Both the position numbers and the translations under genes were made by a program. Below, piece by piece: positions 7,388 through 16,632 of a stretch of 29,396 nucleotides of DNA (positions are counted from its first letter, which is position 1; every line of letters begins with the position of its first letter). The notes under the pieces were generated by a model. It had not been told where the DNA came from. It saw only the letters and a program-made list of their open reading frames with translations, and searched no databases. This DNA comes from Acidimicrobiia bacterium (GTDB lineage: Bacteria; Actinomycetota; Acidimicrobiia; IMCC26256; PALSA-610): assembly GCA_035516815.1 (NCBI GenBank), contig DATJAA010000287.1, forward strand, positions 1-29,396, in the 5' to 3' direction.

Positions 7388-8707
7388 GTGCGACGTATCC
7401 GCATGTGGTCCCATTGGTCGGGCGGAGTGATCATCGCGAGTGTCGCGTGTGCGCTCTGTGCCGGCATTGGCGTGACCGTCGCGAGCGCGGCGCGCTCGTC
7501 GTCGTTCCCGGCCGCGACGCGAGACCGGGCGCGAACCGTTGCCGACGCAACCCGAGCGCGGCGTGCCGCGCTCATGTCCGCGCTCAGCTTCCGACCCGCG
7601 CCGGGCGCGGTGGGCGTGACCTTGGATGCGCCGGTGGTCGTGCAGGCGCGCACGGGCCGGTTGATATCGGTGCGGGCGACGACCGCTACCGGTACGCCGA
7701 TTGCCGGCAGACTGACCGCAGCCGGACGCCGGTGGCTGGCGGACGCGCCGCTGCTCCCACGAACCACCTATCGGGTGACCGCCACCGTCGCCGCGGCGGG
7801 GCTGGCGGCGCGGCTGACGTCGACGTTCCAAACGCTCACGCCGGCCGCGAGTGTCGGCGCGACGATCTTTCCGGGCCCCGGCCTGTCGGTCGGTGTCGCG
7901 CAGCCGATCGTCATCCGGTTCGACCACTTCATCACGAACGGGTGGTCGCGCGCCGCTGTGCTCAGCCACCTCACGGTGACCGAGTCGATGCCGGTACCCG
8001 GCGGATGGCATTGGTTCAGCGACGACGAGCTGCATTTCCGGCCGCAGGGATTCTGGCCTAGCGGCGAAAAGGTCACCGTGGTGTCGGATCTGGCCGGCTG
8101 GAGCGCGGGTGACGGTCTCTGGGGCGAGGGCGTCGGCCTCTCGCAGTTCACGATCGGCGACGCCCGCGTGTCGATCGCGAACCTCGCGACGCACGAGATG
8201 ACGGTCACGGACAACGGCAAGGTCATCGCGACCTACCCGTTCAGCGGCGGCCGGGAAGACGACCCGACGATGAACGGTGTGCACATCGTGCTCGACCGAT
8301 CGAGCGTCGTGCGCATGATCTCGTCGACGAACGGCATCCCGGTGAACTCGCCGGACGGTTACGACGAGCTCGTCTACTCCGATGTGCACATCAGCGACAG
8401 CGGCGAGTATGTGCACGCGGCCCCGTGGTCGGTCGCCGCGCAAGGGCACAGGAACGTGTCGCACGGGTGCATCAATCTCAGCCCCGCCGACGCGTTGACC
8501 TTCATGGGTTTCAGCCGCGTCGGCGACGTCGTCTGGGTGGTAGGCGGCCCGCGGCCCCCCGCGCCGGGCGATCACGGCGTAATGGATTGGGACACGCCGT
8601 GGAGCGACTGGACGCCGGCGGTCGTGCACGGAGTGACACCGCCGCCCGCGAAGCCCAAGGCGAAGCATCCGCCCGTCGCGCATCCGTCCTTCGCGCGCGT
8701 GAGGTAG
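7388..8707 (+). CDS. L,D-transpeptidase (Ig-like domains + YkuD catalytic domain, LdtMt2-like)
   Basis: Catalytic HAAPWSVAAQGHRNVSHGCINL (HxxxW...SHGCxN). Ig-like segments such as VGVAQPIVIRFD and WHWFSDDELHFRP. Start GTG 7388 chosen (GAGAGG RBS; TATCGT -10 at 7354-7359). Confidence 0.93.
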   Translation: MRRIRMWSHWSGGVIIASVACALCAGIGVTVASAARSSSFPAATRDRARTVADATRARRAALMSALSFRPAPGAVGVTLDAPVVVQARTGRLISVRATTATGTPIAGRLTAAGRRWLADAPLLPRTTYRVTATVAAAGLAARLTSTFQTLTPAASVGATIFPGPGLSVGVAQPIVIRFDHFITNGWSRAAVLSHLTVTESMPVPGGWHWFSDDELHFRPQGFWPSGEKVTVVSDLAGWSAGDGLWGEGVGLSQFTIGDARVSIANLATHEMTVTDNGKVIATYPFSGGREDDPTMNGVHIVLDRSSVVRMISSTNGIPVNSPDGYDELVYSDVHISDSGEYVHAAPWSVAAQGHRNVSHGCINLSPADALTFMGFSRVGDVVWVVGGPRPPAPGDHGVMDWDTPWSDWTPAVVHGVTPPPAKPKAKHPPVAHPSFARVR

Positions 8708-8751
8708 CCGGTCTCCGGCATCGGGTACGCGCAGGGACGCGGCCCGCGTCG

Positions 8752-9858
8752 CTACTTGTCGAGCTCCGGGATGACGTGGGTGCCGAGCAGCTCGATGGAG
8801 TGCATCACCTGCTCGTGCGGGATGTTGTAGGGATTCAAGAGGCAGAACAACAGCTCGCACCCGACGGCTTCGTACCGCTTGCAGATCTCGATGCAGCGAT
8901 CGGGATCACCGACGACGCCGGCGCCGGTGTCGTAGAGGTAGTCCATGTTGAGATGGTCGAAATATCCGGCCAGCTCGCCCTGACGCGCCTCGCCGGCGTA
9001 GCCGTAGTTGCCGAGTTCCTCGCCGCGGCCCTCCATCCACTCCGCGAGAGTCGCAATGTGATGCCCCGCCGTCTTCGGGTACCACACGAACGATTCCTCC
9101 GCCTCGGCGCGTGCCTGCGCGTTCGTGTCGCTGCAGTGGACCATCGTGAATGTCGCGGCCGTGTCGTTCACGAACTTCCCGACCGGCTCCTTGCAGTCGG
9201 CGAGGCCGCGGCGGTAGTTGACGATTCGCTCCTCGAGATCCTCGGGCGGGTTGCCCACGGTGAACGAAAGCAGCCCGATGCCACGCTTGCCCATCTCGTA
9301 GTGGCCGTCGACGCTCGAGGTCGCCCCCCAGATCGGAGGGTGCGGTTTCTGCAGCGGGCTCGGGTGAACGCGCCTCGGCGGCATCTGCCAGTACTTGCCG
9401 TCGAACGAGTACTCCTCGTTCGTCCAAATGCCGACGATGTGCCGCAGTGCTTCGTCCCACATCTCGCGTGTCTCGTGCGGATCGAGGCCGAAGCCTTCGA
9501 TCTCGGCGCGTGTCGACGAGCGTCCCGTGCCGAACTCGACGCGGCCGTCGCTCACGAGGTCGAGGACCGCGACGCTTTCCGCCGTGCGAACAGGGTGGTT
9601 GTAGGGCTTGGGCAGGAGCCGCACGCCGTAGCCGATCCGAATGTTCTGCGTGACGGCCGCGATGTTGCCGTAGAGCACCTCGGGGTTCGAGCAGTGCGAG
9701 TACTCGTCGAGGAAATGGTGCTCGACGGTCCAGAACGAATGGAATCCCATCCGGTCGCCCAGCTTCACCTGCTCGATCGTGTCCTTGTATGCCTGGTATT
9801 CCTTCTGCGGCGTCCAGGGCTTCGCGACCGGGATCTCGTAGAACATGGCGAACTTCAT
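8752..9858 (-). CDS. LLM-class flavin-dependent oxidoreductase (luciferase-like monooxygenase)
   Basis: 368 aa. GFHSFWTVEHHF, HPVRTAESVAVLDLVSDGRVEFGTGRS: canonical luciferase-like TIM-barrel motifs. Confidence 0.92.
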   Translation of the reverse strand: MKFAMFYEIPVAKPWTPQKEYQAYKDTIEQVKLGDRMGFHSFWTVEHHFLDEYSHCSNPEVLYGNIAAVTQNIRIGYGVRLLPKPYNHPVRTAESVAVLDLVSDGRVEFGTGRSSTRAEIEGFGLDPHETREMWDEALRHIVGIWTNEEYSFDGKYWQMPPRRVHPSPLQKPHPPIWGATSSVDGHYEMGKRGIGLLSFTVGNPPEDLEERIVNYRRGLADCKEPVGKFVNDTAATFTMVHCSDTNAQARAEAEESFVWYPKTAGHHIATLAEWMEGRGEELGNYGYAGEARQGELAGYFDHLNMDYLYDTGAGVVGDPDRCIEICKRYEAVGCELLFCLLNPYNIPHEQVMHSIELLGTHVIPELDK

Positions 9859-9928
9859 GGCGCCGCAACCTACGACGGGCGACGGGGGACGGGGAAATCA
9901 CCGAGACAATCCACCGGCCACGGCCGCG

Positions 9929-10237
9929 CTACGCGTCGTTGTGTACCGGTGCTTCCTCGTTCACATGGAGGAGCGCGGTCAGGCCCAGGAGCTCCAGGAC
10001 ACGGAGCGGCGCGCCGGTCGCGTGCACGATGCGGATGTCACGGCCGACGGCTTCGAGTGCGACGCGCGCGTGCGCAAGCGCTTCGACTCCCGACGAATCG
10101 ATGAACGTGAGATCACGGCAGTCGATAACGAACTCGCCGTCGGTTGCCGCGATCGCCTCGTCGAGACGTCGTTCGAGCTCCTCGTAATTGGCAAGATCGA
10201 ACTCGCCGCGCAGGCCCAGACAATGACGTTCGGTCAC
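9929..10237 (-). CDS. STAS-domain anti-sigma-factor antagonist
   Basis: LRGEFDLAN...VIDCRDLTFIDSSG..., with the phosphorylatable Ser in DSSG, and RVLELLGL. GGAGG RBS before GTG 10237. Confidence 0.88.
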   Translation of the reverse strand: MTERHCLGLRGEFDLANYEELERRLDEAIAATDGEFVIDCRDLTFIDSSGVEALAHARVALEAVGRDIRIVHATGAPLRVLELLGLTALLHVNEEAPVHNDA

Positions 10238-10315
10238 GATGCGTGACCTCCCGGAGGGTGGGGGGGGACGCTCAACGTAACGACAGAGCCTGGCATCTGC
10301 CTGTGCGAGTGCTCC

Positions 10316-11188
10316 TCAGACGTTGGCAATCACCGAGTCGGCGAAACGGCGGAGAAGGTCGATCTTCTCCTGCAACGGTTGTGTGTCCGGCTCGCGCGTG
10401 TACGGATAGCGGAAGCCGACGATCGCGTCGGTGACGCCGAGCGCTTCGAGTCGCTTCACGCCGTCGATCGAGAACGCGTCGAGCGAGATCGCGTGCACCT
10501 CGAACGGCTCGGCGGCGCGCCCGTACTCCGCGCGCAAGGCGTGCACGCGCTCGATCATGTTGCCGAGGTCGGCCGGATCGCCGCCCGCGTGGATCCAGCC
10601 GTCGCCCGCCCGCGCCGCGCGGCGGAGCGCGACGTCGGCGTGCCCACCGACGAGCAGCGGGATCGGCCGGTCGGGAGTCGGGCAGATCTTGCAGCGCGCG
10701 AGGTCCAGCTCGTCACCGTGGTATTCGAACCAACCGCCCGCGGTGAGGCCGCGCAATACCTCGACCATCTCGTCCATACGCTTGCCGCGCCGCGCCCAGG
10801 GCACGTCCATCGCCGCGAAGTCCTCGGGCCAGGGGCTGATACCGACGCCGAGGCGCAGCCGGTCGTCGCAGAGCACGGCGATGCTCGCGGCCTGCTTCGC
10901 CACGAGCACAACGGGTCGCACCGCGAGCTTCAGCACGAAGGTGGTGAACCTGATCGTCCGGGTACGAGCCGCGAGGTACGGGACGAGAGTGAACGGCTCG
11001 ATGATCGGCTTGTCCTCGAGGAACGCCCGGTCGCCGTCGGCCGTGTAGGGGTAGCGCGTGTCCGATTCGGCCGGGAAGATGAGGCTGTCGGGTACGACGA
11101 ACGAGTCGTAGCCCGCGTCCTCGGCTGCTTCGGCGAGTGGCGCGAGGAAGGTGGGATCGCAGAACGTCTCGGCGTAGCTGAAGCGCAT
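10316..11188 (-). CDS. Probable F420-dependent LLM oxidoreductase (Rv2161c/TIGR03619-like)
   Basis: MRFSYAETFCDP...AAEDAGYDSFVVPDSL..YPY, RLRLGVGISPWPEDF, PIPLLVGGH, RRAARAGDGW. Start ATG 11188. F420 use is inferred from family resemblance only. Confidence 0.85.
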   Translation of the reverse strand: MRFSYAETFCDPTFLAPLAEAAEDAGYDSFVVPDSLIFPAESDTRYPYTADGDRAFLEDKPIIEPFTLVPYLAARTRTIRFTTFVLKLAVRPVVLVAKQAASIAVLCDDRLRLGVGISPWPEDFAAMDVPWARRGKRMDEMVEVLRGLTAGGWFEYHGDELDLARCKICPTPDRPIPLLVGGHADVALRRAARAGDGWIHAGGDPADLGNMIERVHALRAEYGRAAEPFEVHAISLDAFSIDGVKRLEALGVTDAIVGFRYPYTREPDTQPLQEKIDLLRRFADSVIANV

Positions 11189-11261
11189 CGTCTGATCTTG
11201 CCCCACGCGCCGCGGGTCGCGTGTACCCGGGCGCGGTCAGCCAGGGTTGCCTCGCCGCGAT

Positions 11262-12494
11262 TCAGGCTCGGTAGACGAGGATCTCGCCGCTGTAACAGGC
11301 CACCCAGACGCGATGCTGTGTCGGCTCGTAGGCGATCCCGATGGGATGGTCGGGAACCGGGAATGTGTTCACGATGCTCAGGTCGGACGCGCGCAACACC
11401 GACACCGTGTTGGACGCGTAGTTCACGACGTACAGCGCCCGACCGTCGGACGAGATCGCCATGCTTCTCGGCTGCGTCCCGGTGGCTGTGCGCGCGACGA
11501 CCTGTCCCGTCGCGGTGTCGACCGCCACGACTCGGTTGTCGCCATTGAGTGTAACGAAGAGGCGCCGGCCGTCGTGCGAGAGCACGAGATGGCGAGGAGA
11601 GTTGCCCACGCCCCGGAAGTACGAGAGCGCGAACGTCCGCAGGTCGACGCGGGCGACGTCGAACGATCCCATCACCGCGATGTACGCGACATGCTTCGTG
11701 CCGTCGATCGCGATGCCGCGGGGGTACGCCCCGAGATGGATGCGCTGCACCTCGTGCAGCGTGTTGTGATCGAGAATGCTCAGGTCGTAACTGCACCAGT
11801 TGCTGACGAGCACGTACTTGTCGTCGGGCGTCACCGCGACGTACTTCGGCACCATGCCGACCTGGCCGACCGCGTCGATCGACAGCGTCGCCAGACTCAC
11901 CCGGTAGACGTAGCTCGGGCTGAGCCCCTGAGGTCCGGAACAGTTGTCGGATCCCTCCGGGCCGAAGTCGGTGCCGTACATCGAGTAGTTCGTCGCGAAG
12001 ACGTAGCGGTGCGCGTGGTCGACCGCGGCCTCGACCGGCGCGCCGCGCGATATGCCAGGATGCCCGGTGATACCGAACTGCGCGAGGTCGACACTGTCGG
12101 GGATGGTCTTCACCAGCGCGCCGGATGCCGCGTCGTACACCGTCATCGTGTGTTGGTACATCATGTTCTGCGCGAAGACGAGACCGGTACCGGTCGCGGT
12201 AACCGACTTGGGCGAGATTCGACCCCTGATCGTGGTAACGGGCGTGAGGACGAAGTCGTCGGCCGGATCGTGCGGCGCGGTCGTCGTCGTCGTTGTCGTG
12301 GGTGCCGGCCGTGGCTGCAACGTCGACGGTGAGTGGCGCGCCGACGGATCCGACGCCGCCGGCGTGTTCGCGGAGCTCGGCGTCGCGGGGTCGGCTCCCG
12401 ATCGGTGCGAGTCGTGGCGCGGGAGCAACACGACCACCGCGAGCCCGGCTGCGACGACGAGCGCGGCGGCGGCGACGAGGCGGCTGCGGGGCAT
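11262..12494 (-). CDS. Membrane-anchored YncE/YVTN-type beta-propeller protein
   Basis: N-terminal TM helix, Thr/Pro linker (PTTTTTTTAP), then repeated blades (PKYVAVTPDDKYVLVSNW, PRGIAID, PRHLVLSHDG, PRSMAISSDG..LYVVN, PIGIAYE). ATG 12494 preferred over GTG 12497 because TAGCCT lies 6 nt upstream. Confidence 0.85.
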   Translation of the reverse strand: MPRSRLVAAAALVVAAGLAVVVLLPRHDSHRSGADPATPSSANTPAASDPSARHSPSTLQPRPAPTTTTTTTAPHDPADDFVLTPVTTIRGRISPKSVTATGTGLVFAQNMMYQHTMTVYDAASGALVKTIPDSVDLAQFGITGHPGISRGAPVEAAVDHAHRYVFATNYSMYGTDFGPEGSDNCSGPQGLSPSYVYRVSLATLSIDAVGQVGMVPKYVAVTPDDKYVLVSNWCSYDLSILDHNTLHEVQRIHLGAYPRGIAIDGTKHVAYIAVMGSFDVARVDLRTFALSYFRGVGNSPRHLVLSHDGRRLFVTLNGDNRVVAVDTATGQVVARTATGTQPRSMAISSDGRALYVVNYASNTVSVLRASDLSIVNTFPVPDHPIGIAYEPTQHRVWVACYSGEILVYRA

Positions 12495-12605
12495 CACGAA
12501 AGGCTACGGGCCGGACGCCGGCAGGCCGGGTTCTCTCGCCGTGGCGCACGTTGCCGAGGCATGATGGCGAGAACACAAGTCCCGTAGCGAACGAGGAGTG
12601 CACTG

Positions 12606-12986
12606 GTGGACGTGCGATCGATCGTTGATGTCGAACCGGAGGTCGAGCACAACGGCACGGTGCCGGTGTGGTATCTCGTGCATCCCCGTGAGATGCGCGA
12701 TCTCACGAACGGCGGGCACCTCGAGCTCGTCAACGAGTTCGAGGTCGCCAACGGCGGATACGTCTACCCGCATTCGCACCCGACCCACGAGTTCTACTTC
12801 GTGATGTCGGGGCGCGGCGTCATGACGATCGACGGAGAGGACCGCGACGTTGCGCCGGGCGACTTGGTGTACATCCCGCCGGATCTCGTCCACAGCCTGC
12901 GCCCGACGGGCGGCGGCGCCATCCACTGCTTCTGCTTCGCGGTCGCGGTAGCCGGCGCGCCGGAGATCGACTACACGTCGCACTGA
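12606..12986 (+). CDS. Cupin-domain protein
   Basis: PHSHPTHEFYFVMSGRG and PGDLVYIPPDLVHSL: the two cupin motifs with HxH-E-H metal ligands. GAGGAG RBS. Confidence 0.9.
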   Translation: MDVRSIVDVEPEVEHNGTVPVWYLVHPREMRDLTNGGHLELVNEFEVANGGYVYPHSHPTHEFYFVMSGRGVMTIDGEDRDVAPGDLVYIPPDLVHSLRPTGGGAIHCFCFAVAVAGAPEIDYTSH

Positions 12987-13018
12987 GGTCGTTCGCGAGG
13001 GCGCACCGCGCCGCGGGC

Positions 13019-14602
13019 TCAGGCCGGGCAGGGGCTTCCGGCGAGCGACTGCGACAGCGTCACCGTTCCCAGCGGCAGGTTGCGCAGGAGCGTCCAGCCG
13101 TCGCGGGTCGACGCGGCACAACCCGAGGGCGACACGGACCAGTGGCTCGTCGAATGCACTCGTAGCACGAGCTGGCCGCGTCCGGTGACGTTCAGCGTGA
13201 CGCGGTCGGGCGACATCGATTGCAGCGTTGCGGGCCCGGCTACCAGGCCGTCGAAGCCGTCGACTTGCCAGACCTTCCAGTGCGTGTTGTGCCAGATCTC
13301 GTGGAGATACGGCAGGCCGTGCAGGATCAGTGAACGTTCGCCGAGCGACGAGTCGTCGAGACGCGCGTCGGGCAATGCCACGTACTTCACGCCGTTCGCG
13401 TGCAGCCACGTCCGGTACGTCGCCGGCGTCAGCGGGTCGTCGTCGGAGTAGAACAACGGGTTGTAGGCGATGTCGAGTTGGCGCTCCCAGCCGCGCGCCA
13501 ACAACACGTAGGGAGCGGCATACGCCGCCTCCCAGTGCCGGTATGTCGAGGGGATCTCGACCCGGCCGACCGGTCCGCCTCGCGTCCCGAGGTAAGAGAG
13601 CAACGGCGTGTAGTAGCTCGCGTGCGTCGACGGGTCGTCGTGCGCGAAGGCGATGGTGTCGACGGCCGGGAACCACTGCCAGACGAGGAGCGGGATCGCG
13701 AGCACGGCGAGGAGCAACCGTCGGCGCGGCAGCAGCGCACAGGCGAGGAGCGGACCCGCCACATATTGGTCGAGCCGGCTGACGTTGCCGCCCAGGGCGG
13801 TCGGAACGAGGTAGGACGTGATCGCGACCAGCGCGAAGCATGCGGTTCCCCACCGCGCGGCCGGGTACCGGCGCAGTGCGATCGCGATGATCGCGCACAG
13901 GCTCAGGTCCCAGATGAGCGCCCAGGTCTCGTACGGCTCCGATCCCGCGGTGGGAAAGAGTGCCGCGATCGTCACGATGGGGACGACCGCGCCGGCGCCG
14001 ACGATGAGCGCCTGCCCGCGCTGACCCCGTTGCGATGCGGCCCACGCAGCCGCGACGATCGCGAGGAAACAGCCGGCGAGCGGGCTCGCGAGCGAGCTCA
14101 GGATCGCGCACGCGAGGGCAATGGCCACCTTCCGGTGTTGGAAGGCGTAGATCGCGCCCAGCGCGAGCGCGACGCCGAACGCGTACGTCGTGCGGCCGAC
14201 GATCAGGTTGATCACCGTGCCCAACGCGAACCACACACTGCCCAGCCAGGCGCCGGGACCGAACCAGAAGCGCAGGATCCGCTCGAAGACGAAGGCCGAC
14301 GCGATCCCGCTCAGCGCGCCCAGCGCAAGCGGCCCGATCGGCGCACTCACGGCGGGCGCGATGACGCTGTAGCCGAGCAACGCATGGCCGCCGAACCACT
14401 GGCTGTTCCAGAGCACGAAGCCGTCGTGACGGAAGAGCTCGGTCCGGAAGATCTGCGCCGGCAGATCCGAACCGCGCCAGCCGAGCGCGATCGCGACGAG
14501 CTCGAGCGCGCCGGCGATCACCACCACGAGCACGCCCGTGCGCCAACCGTCGAAGGCGTGGGGGCTGCGCGCGGGGCGGTTGACGGTGAGAGCTCCGCTC
14601 AC
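13019..14602 (-). CDS. Polytopic membrane protein with C-terminal soluble domain; possibly a GT-C-fold glycosyltransferase
   Basis: 527 aa with about 10-11 hydrophobic segments. An Asp-containing loop follows TM1 (SDLPAQ...WNSQWFGGH), and an approximately 170-aa soluble C-terminus contains RGWERQLD and GVKYVAL. GGAG/AGGT RBS with an in-frame stop just upstream of GTG 14602. The functional call is inferred from topology. Confidence 0.6.
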   Translation of the reverse strand: MSGALTVNRPARSPHAFDGWRTGVLVVVIAGALELVAIALGWRGSDLPAQIFRTELFRHDGFVLWNSQWFGGHALLGYSVIAPAVSAPIGPLALGALSGIASAFVFERILRFWFGPGAWLGSVWFALGTVINLIVGRTTYAFGVALALGAIYAFQHRKVAIALACAILSSLASPLAGCFLAIVAAAWAASQRGQRGQALIVGAGAVVPIVTIAALFPTAGSEPYETWALIWDLSLCAIIAIALRRYPAARWGTACFALVAITSYLVPTALGGNVSRLDQYVAGPLLACALLPRRRLLLAVLAIPLLVWQWFPAVDTIAFAHDDPSTHASYYTPLLSYLGTRGGPVGRVEIPSTYRHWEAAYAAPYVLLARGWERQLDIAYNPLFYSDDDPLTPATYRTWLHANGVKYVALPDARLDDSSLGERSLILHGLPYLHEIWHNTHWKVWQVDGFDGLVAGPATLQSMSPDRVTLNVTGRGQLVLRVHSTSHWSVSPSGCAASTRDGWTLLRNLPLGTVTLSQSLAGSPCPA

Positions 14603-14795
14603 CGTCTACCTGCTCCGGGGACTTCGTCCGGCTCCGAACGCGAACCTCTGGTCACGCTGCTCACTCCGGCTCGACCGTAATCGTCATCCCCCGAGTCGGG
14701 CCCACCGCAACCTTGGCGCGCCCTCGACCCGGACGCTGCTTCGTTCCCGGCAGTACCGGCGCCGGATCGGGCGCTGTCCGATGTCGCCTCGGGAC

Positions 14796-14825
14796 CCGCA
14801 CTCTTCCGCATTTCTCCGCACTCTG
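14796..14825. repeat. Three phased 10-bp direct repeats in the divergent promoter region
   Basis: ccgcactctt / ccgcatttct / ccgcactctg at 14796, 14806 and 14816. Confidence 0.75.
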
Positions 14826-14909
14826 ACGTGCTCGCGGCGGAGATCGGCGGCTTTGCCGAGCGAACCGGCAGTCGGCCGAAATCCGGGATCGCAATGCGTG
14901 AGCGACCAC

Positions 14910-14915
14910 TAGCTT
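14910..14915 (+). promoter_or_regulatory. -10 element (TAGCTT) of a probable leaderless transcript for the ABC-2 operon
   Basis: TANNNT 7 nt before ATG 14923, with no Shine-Dalgarno sequence. Confidence 0.55.
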
Positions 14916-14922
14916 CGAGCCC

Positions 14923-15852
14923 ATGACGGGTCCGATGGTCGAGGCGCGCGCGCTCACAAAACGCTTCGGATCGTTCGTCGCGGTCGACGCCATCGACTTC
15001 GAGATCGAGCCCGGCGAGGCGTTCGGATTTCTCGGCCCGAACGGTGCGGGCAAGACCTCGACGATGCGCATGATCGGTTGCGTTTCCCCGCGCACCGCGG
15101 GCGAGCTGCGCGTCCTCGGTCTCGATCCGGCGAACGACGGCCCACAGATCCGTGCCCGGCTGGGTGTGGTGCCTCAGGAGGACAACCTCGACACGGAGCT
15201 GACCGTCTGGGACAACCTGATGATCTATGGCCGCTACTTCGACCTGCCGCGCTCGGAGATCCGCGACCGGTCGAACGAGCTGCTCGAGTTCGTGCAGCTG
15301 AGCGACCGGCGCGACTCGAGGGTCGACCCGTTGTCGGGTGGTATGAAGCGCCGGCTCACGATCGCGCGATCACTGATCAACCGCCCCGAGGTGCTGTTGC
15401 TCGACGAGCCCACGACCGGACTCGATCCGCAGGCGCGCCATCTGCTGTGGGACCGGCTGTACCAGCTCAAGCGCAGCGGCGTCACGCTCGTGCTGACGAC
15501 GCACTACATGGACGAGGCGGAACAGCTGTGCGACCGGCTCGTCATCATGGACAACGCGAAGATCGTCGCCGAGGGCTCGCCCCGGCGACTGATCGAAGCT
15601 CACGTGACCCGCGAGGTCGTCGAGGTCCGGCTGGCCGTCGACGCCGATATGCCGTCCGAGGTCGCCCGCCTCAAGCGCTTCGGTGATCGCATCGAACCCC
15701 TCGCGGATCGTGTGCTCATCTACGCCGACGACGGCGATAGCGTGGCGACGGCCGTGAATGACGACGGCGTCGCCGCGATCTCGGTCTTCGTGCGGCGGGC
15801 GAGCCTCGAAGACGTGTTCTTGATCTTGACCGGACGATCTCTCGAGGACTGA
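14923..15852 (+). CDS. ABC-2 exporter ATP-binding subunit (NodI/DrrA family)
   Basis: GPNGAGKTS, LSGGMKRRL, LLLDEPTTGLDPQARH, TTHYMDEAEQLCDR, and C-terminal RRASLEDVFL. Confidence 0.95.
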   Translation: MTGPMVEARALTKRFGSFVAVDAIDFEIEPGEAFGFLGPNGAGKTSTMRMIGCVSPRTAGELRVLGLDPANDGPQIRARLGVVPQEDNLDTELTVWDNLMIYGRYFDLPRSEIRDRSNELLEFVQLSDRRDSRVDPLSGGMKRRLTIARSLINRPEVLLLDEPTTGLDPQARHLLWDRLYQLKRSGVTLVLTTHYMDEAEQLCDRLVIMDNAKIVAEGSPRRLIEAHVTREVVEVRLAVDADMPSEVARLKRFGDRIEPLADRVLIYADDGDSVATAVNDDGVAAISVFVRRASLEDVFLILTGRSLED

Positions 15853-15858
15853 GGCGAC

Positions 15859-16632
15859 GTGTCGACCCCGCCGCTCGTGCGCGTCGTGGAGCGCGAGGCG
15901 CTCGTCTACGCGCGGCTCTGGCGCGGACTCGCATTCACGACCTTCGTCCAGCCCGCGCTGTACCTCGCCGCGATGGGGATCGGTCTCGGCGGGCTGGTGA
16001 GCGCGCACTCCGGTTCGGTCGACGGCCTGACGTATCTCGAGTTCGTCGCGCCCGGCTTGCTGGTTGCGAGCGCGGTACAGCTCGCGGCGTCGGAGTCGAT
16101 GTGGCCCGTGCTCGGCGGAGTCAAGTGGATGCGGCAGTTCCACGGTGTCGTCGCGACACCGATCGCGCCGGGTGAGTTGTTCAGCGGGTTCGTATTGTGG
16201 ACCGCGCTGCGATCGATGCTGGGAGCGGCCGCCTTCCTCTTCATCGCGGCGGTGCTCGGCGCGGTCCCGTCGGCGTGGGGAGTGTTCGCGATCCCGGCCG
16301 CGGGTCTGTGCGCGGCCGCATTCTCCGCGCCGCTCGCCGCCTACTCGATCCGGCTCGAATCCGATGTCGCGTTCCCGTTGATCATGCGCCTCGTGGTCCT
16401 GCCGCTGTTCTTGTTCTCCGGCACCTTCTTCCCCGTCAGCCAGCTCCCGGCGAGCTTGAGGTGGCTGGCGGTGCTGTCGCCGCTCTGGCACGGCGTCGAG
16501 CTCGCGCGCGCCGCGACCACCGGCGACTTCAGCCCGGCTGCTGATCTCGCGCACGTGGCGGTGCTCGCCGCATGTGTCGGGGCCAGCGCGGTTGTCGGTG
16601 TGCGTACCTTCACGAAACGGTTGAGCGCATGA
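15859..16632 (+). CDS. ABC-2 type permease (NodJ-like), subunit 1
   Basis: 257 aa with six hydrophobic segments. YLEFVAPGLL, TPIAPGEL and PLFLFSGTFFPVSQLP...SPLWHGVELAR are typical ABC-2 motifs. Confidence 0.92.
   Translation: MSTPPLVRVVEREALVYARLWRGLAFTTFVQPALYLAAMGIGLGGLVSAHSGSVDGLTYLEFVAPGLLVASAVQLAASESMWPVLGGVKWMRQFHGVVATPIAPGELFSGFVLWTALRSMLGAAAFLFIAAVLGAVPSAWGVFAIPAAGLCAAAFSAPLAAYSIRLESDVAFPLIMRLVVLPLFLFSGTFFPVSQLPASLRWLAVLSPLWHGVELARAATTGDFSPAADLAHVAVLAACVGASAVVGVRTFTKRLSA

Noticed and set aside
14599-14811. 70-aa minus-strand ORF whose stop overlaps the GT-C-like gene start (GTGA); considered as a leader or RiPP precursor
   Set aside because: The TGA is forced by the downstream GTG-AGC start, the ATG sits inside the 10-bp repeat, the composition is generic for GC-rich non-coding DNA, and there are no RiPP-modifying enzymes nearby.
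4237-14825. Short direct repeats as CRISPR or insertion-sequence remnants
   Set aside because: The units are 10-12 bp and adjacent with no spacers. No cas, transposase or terminal inverted repeats are present.
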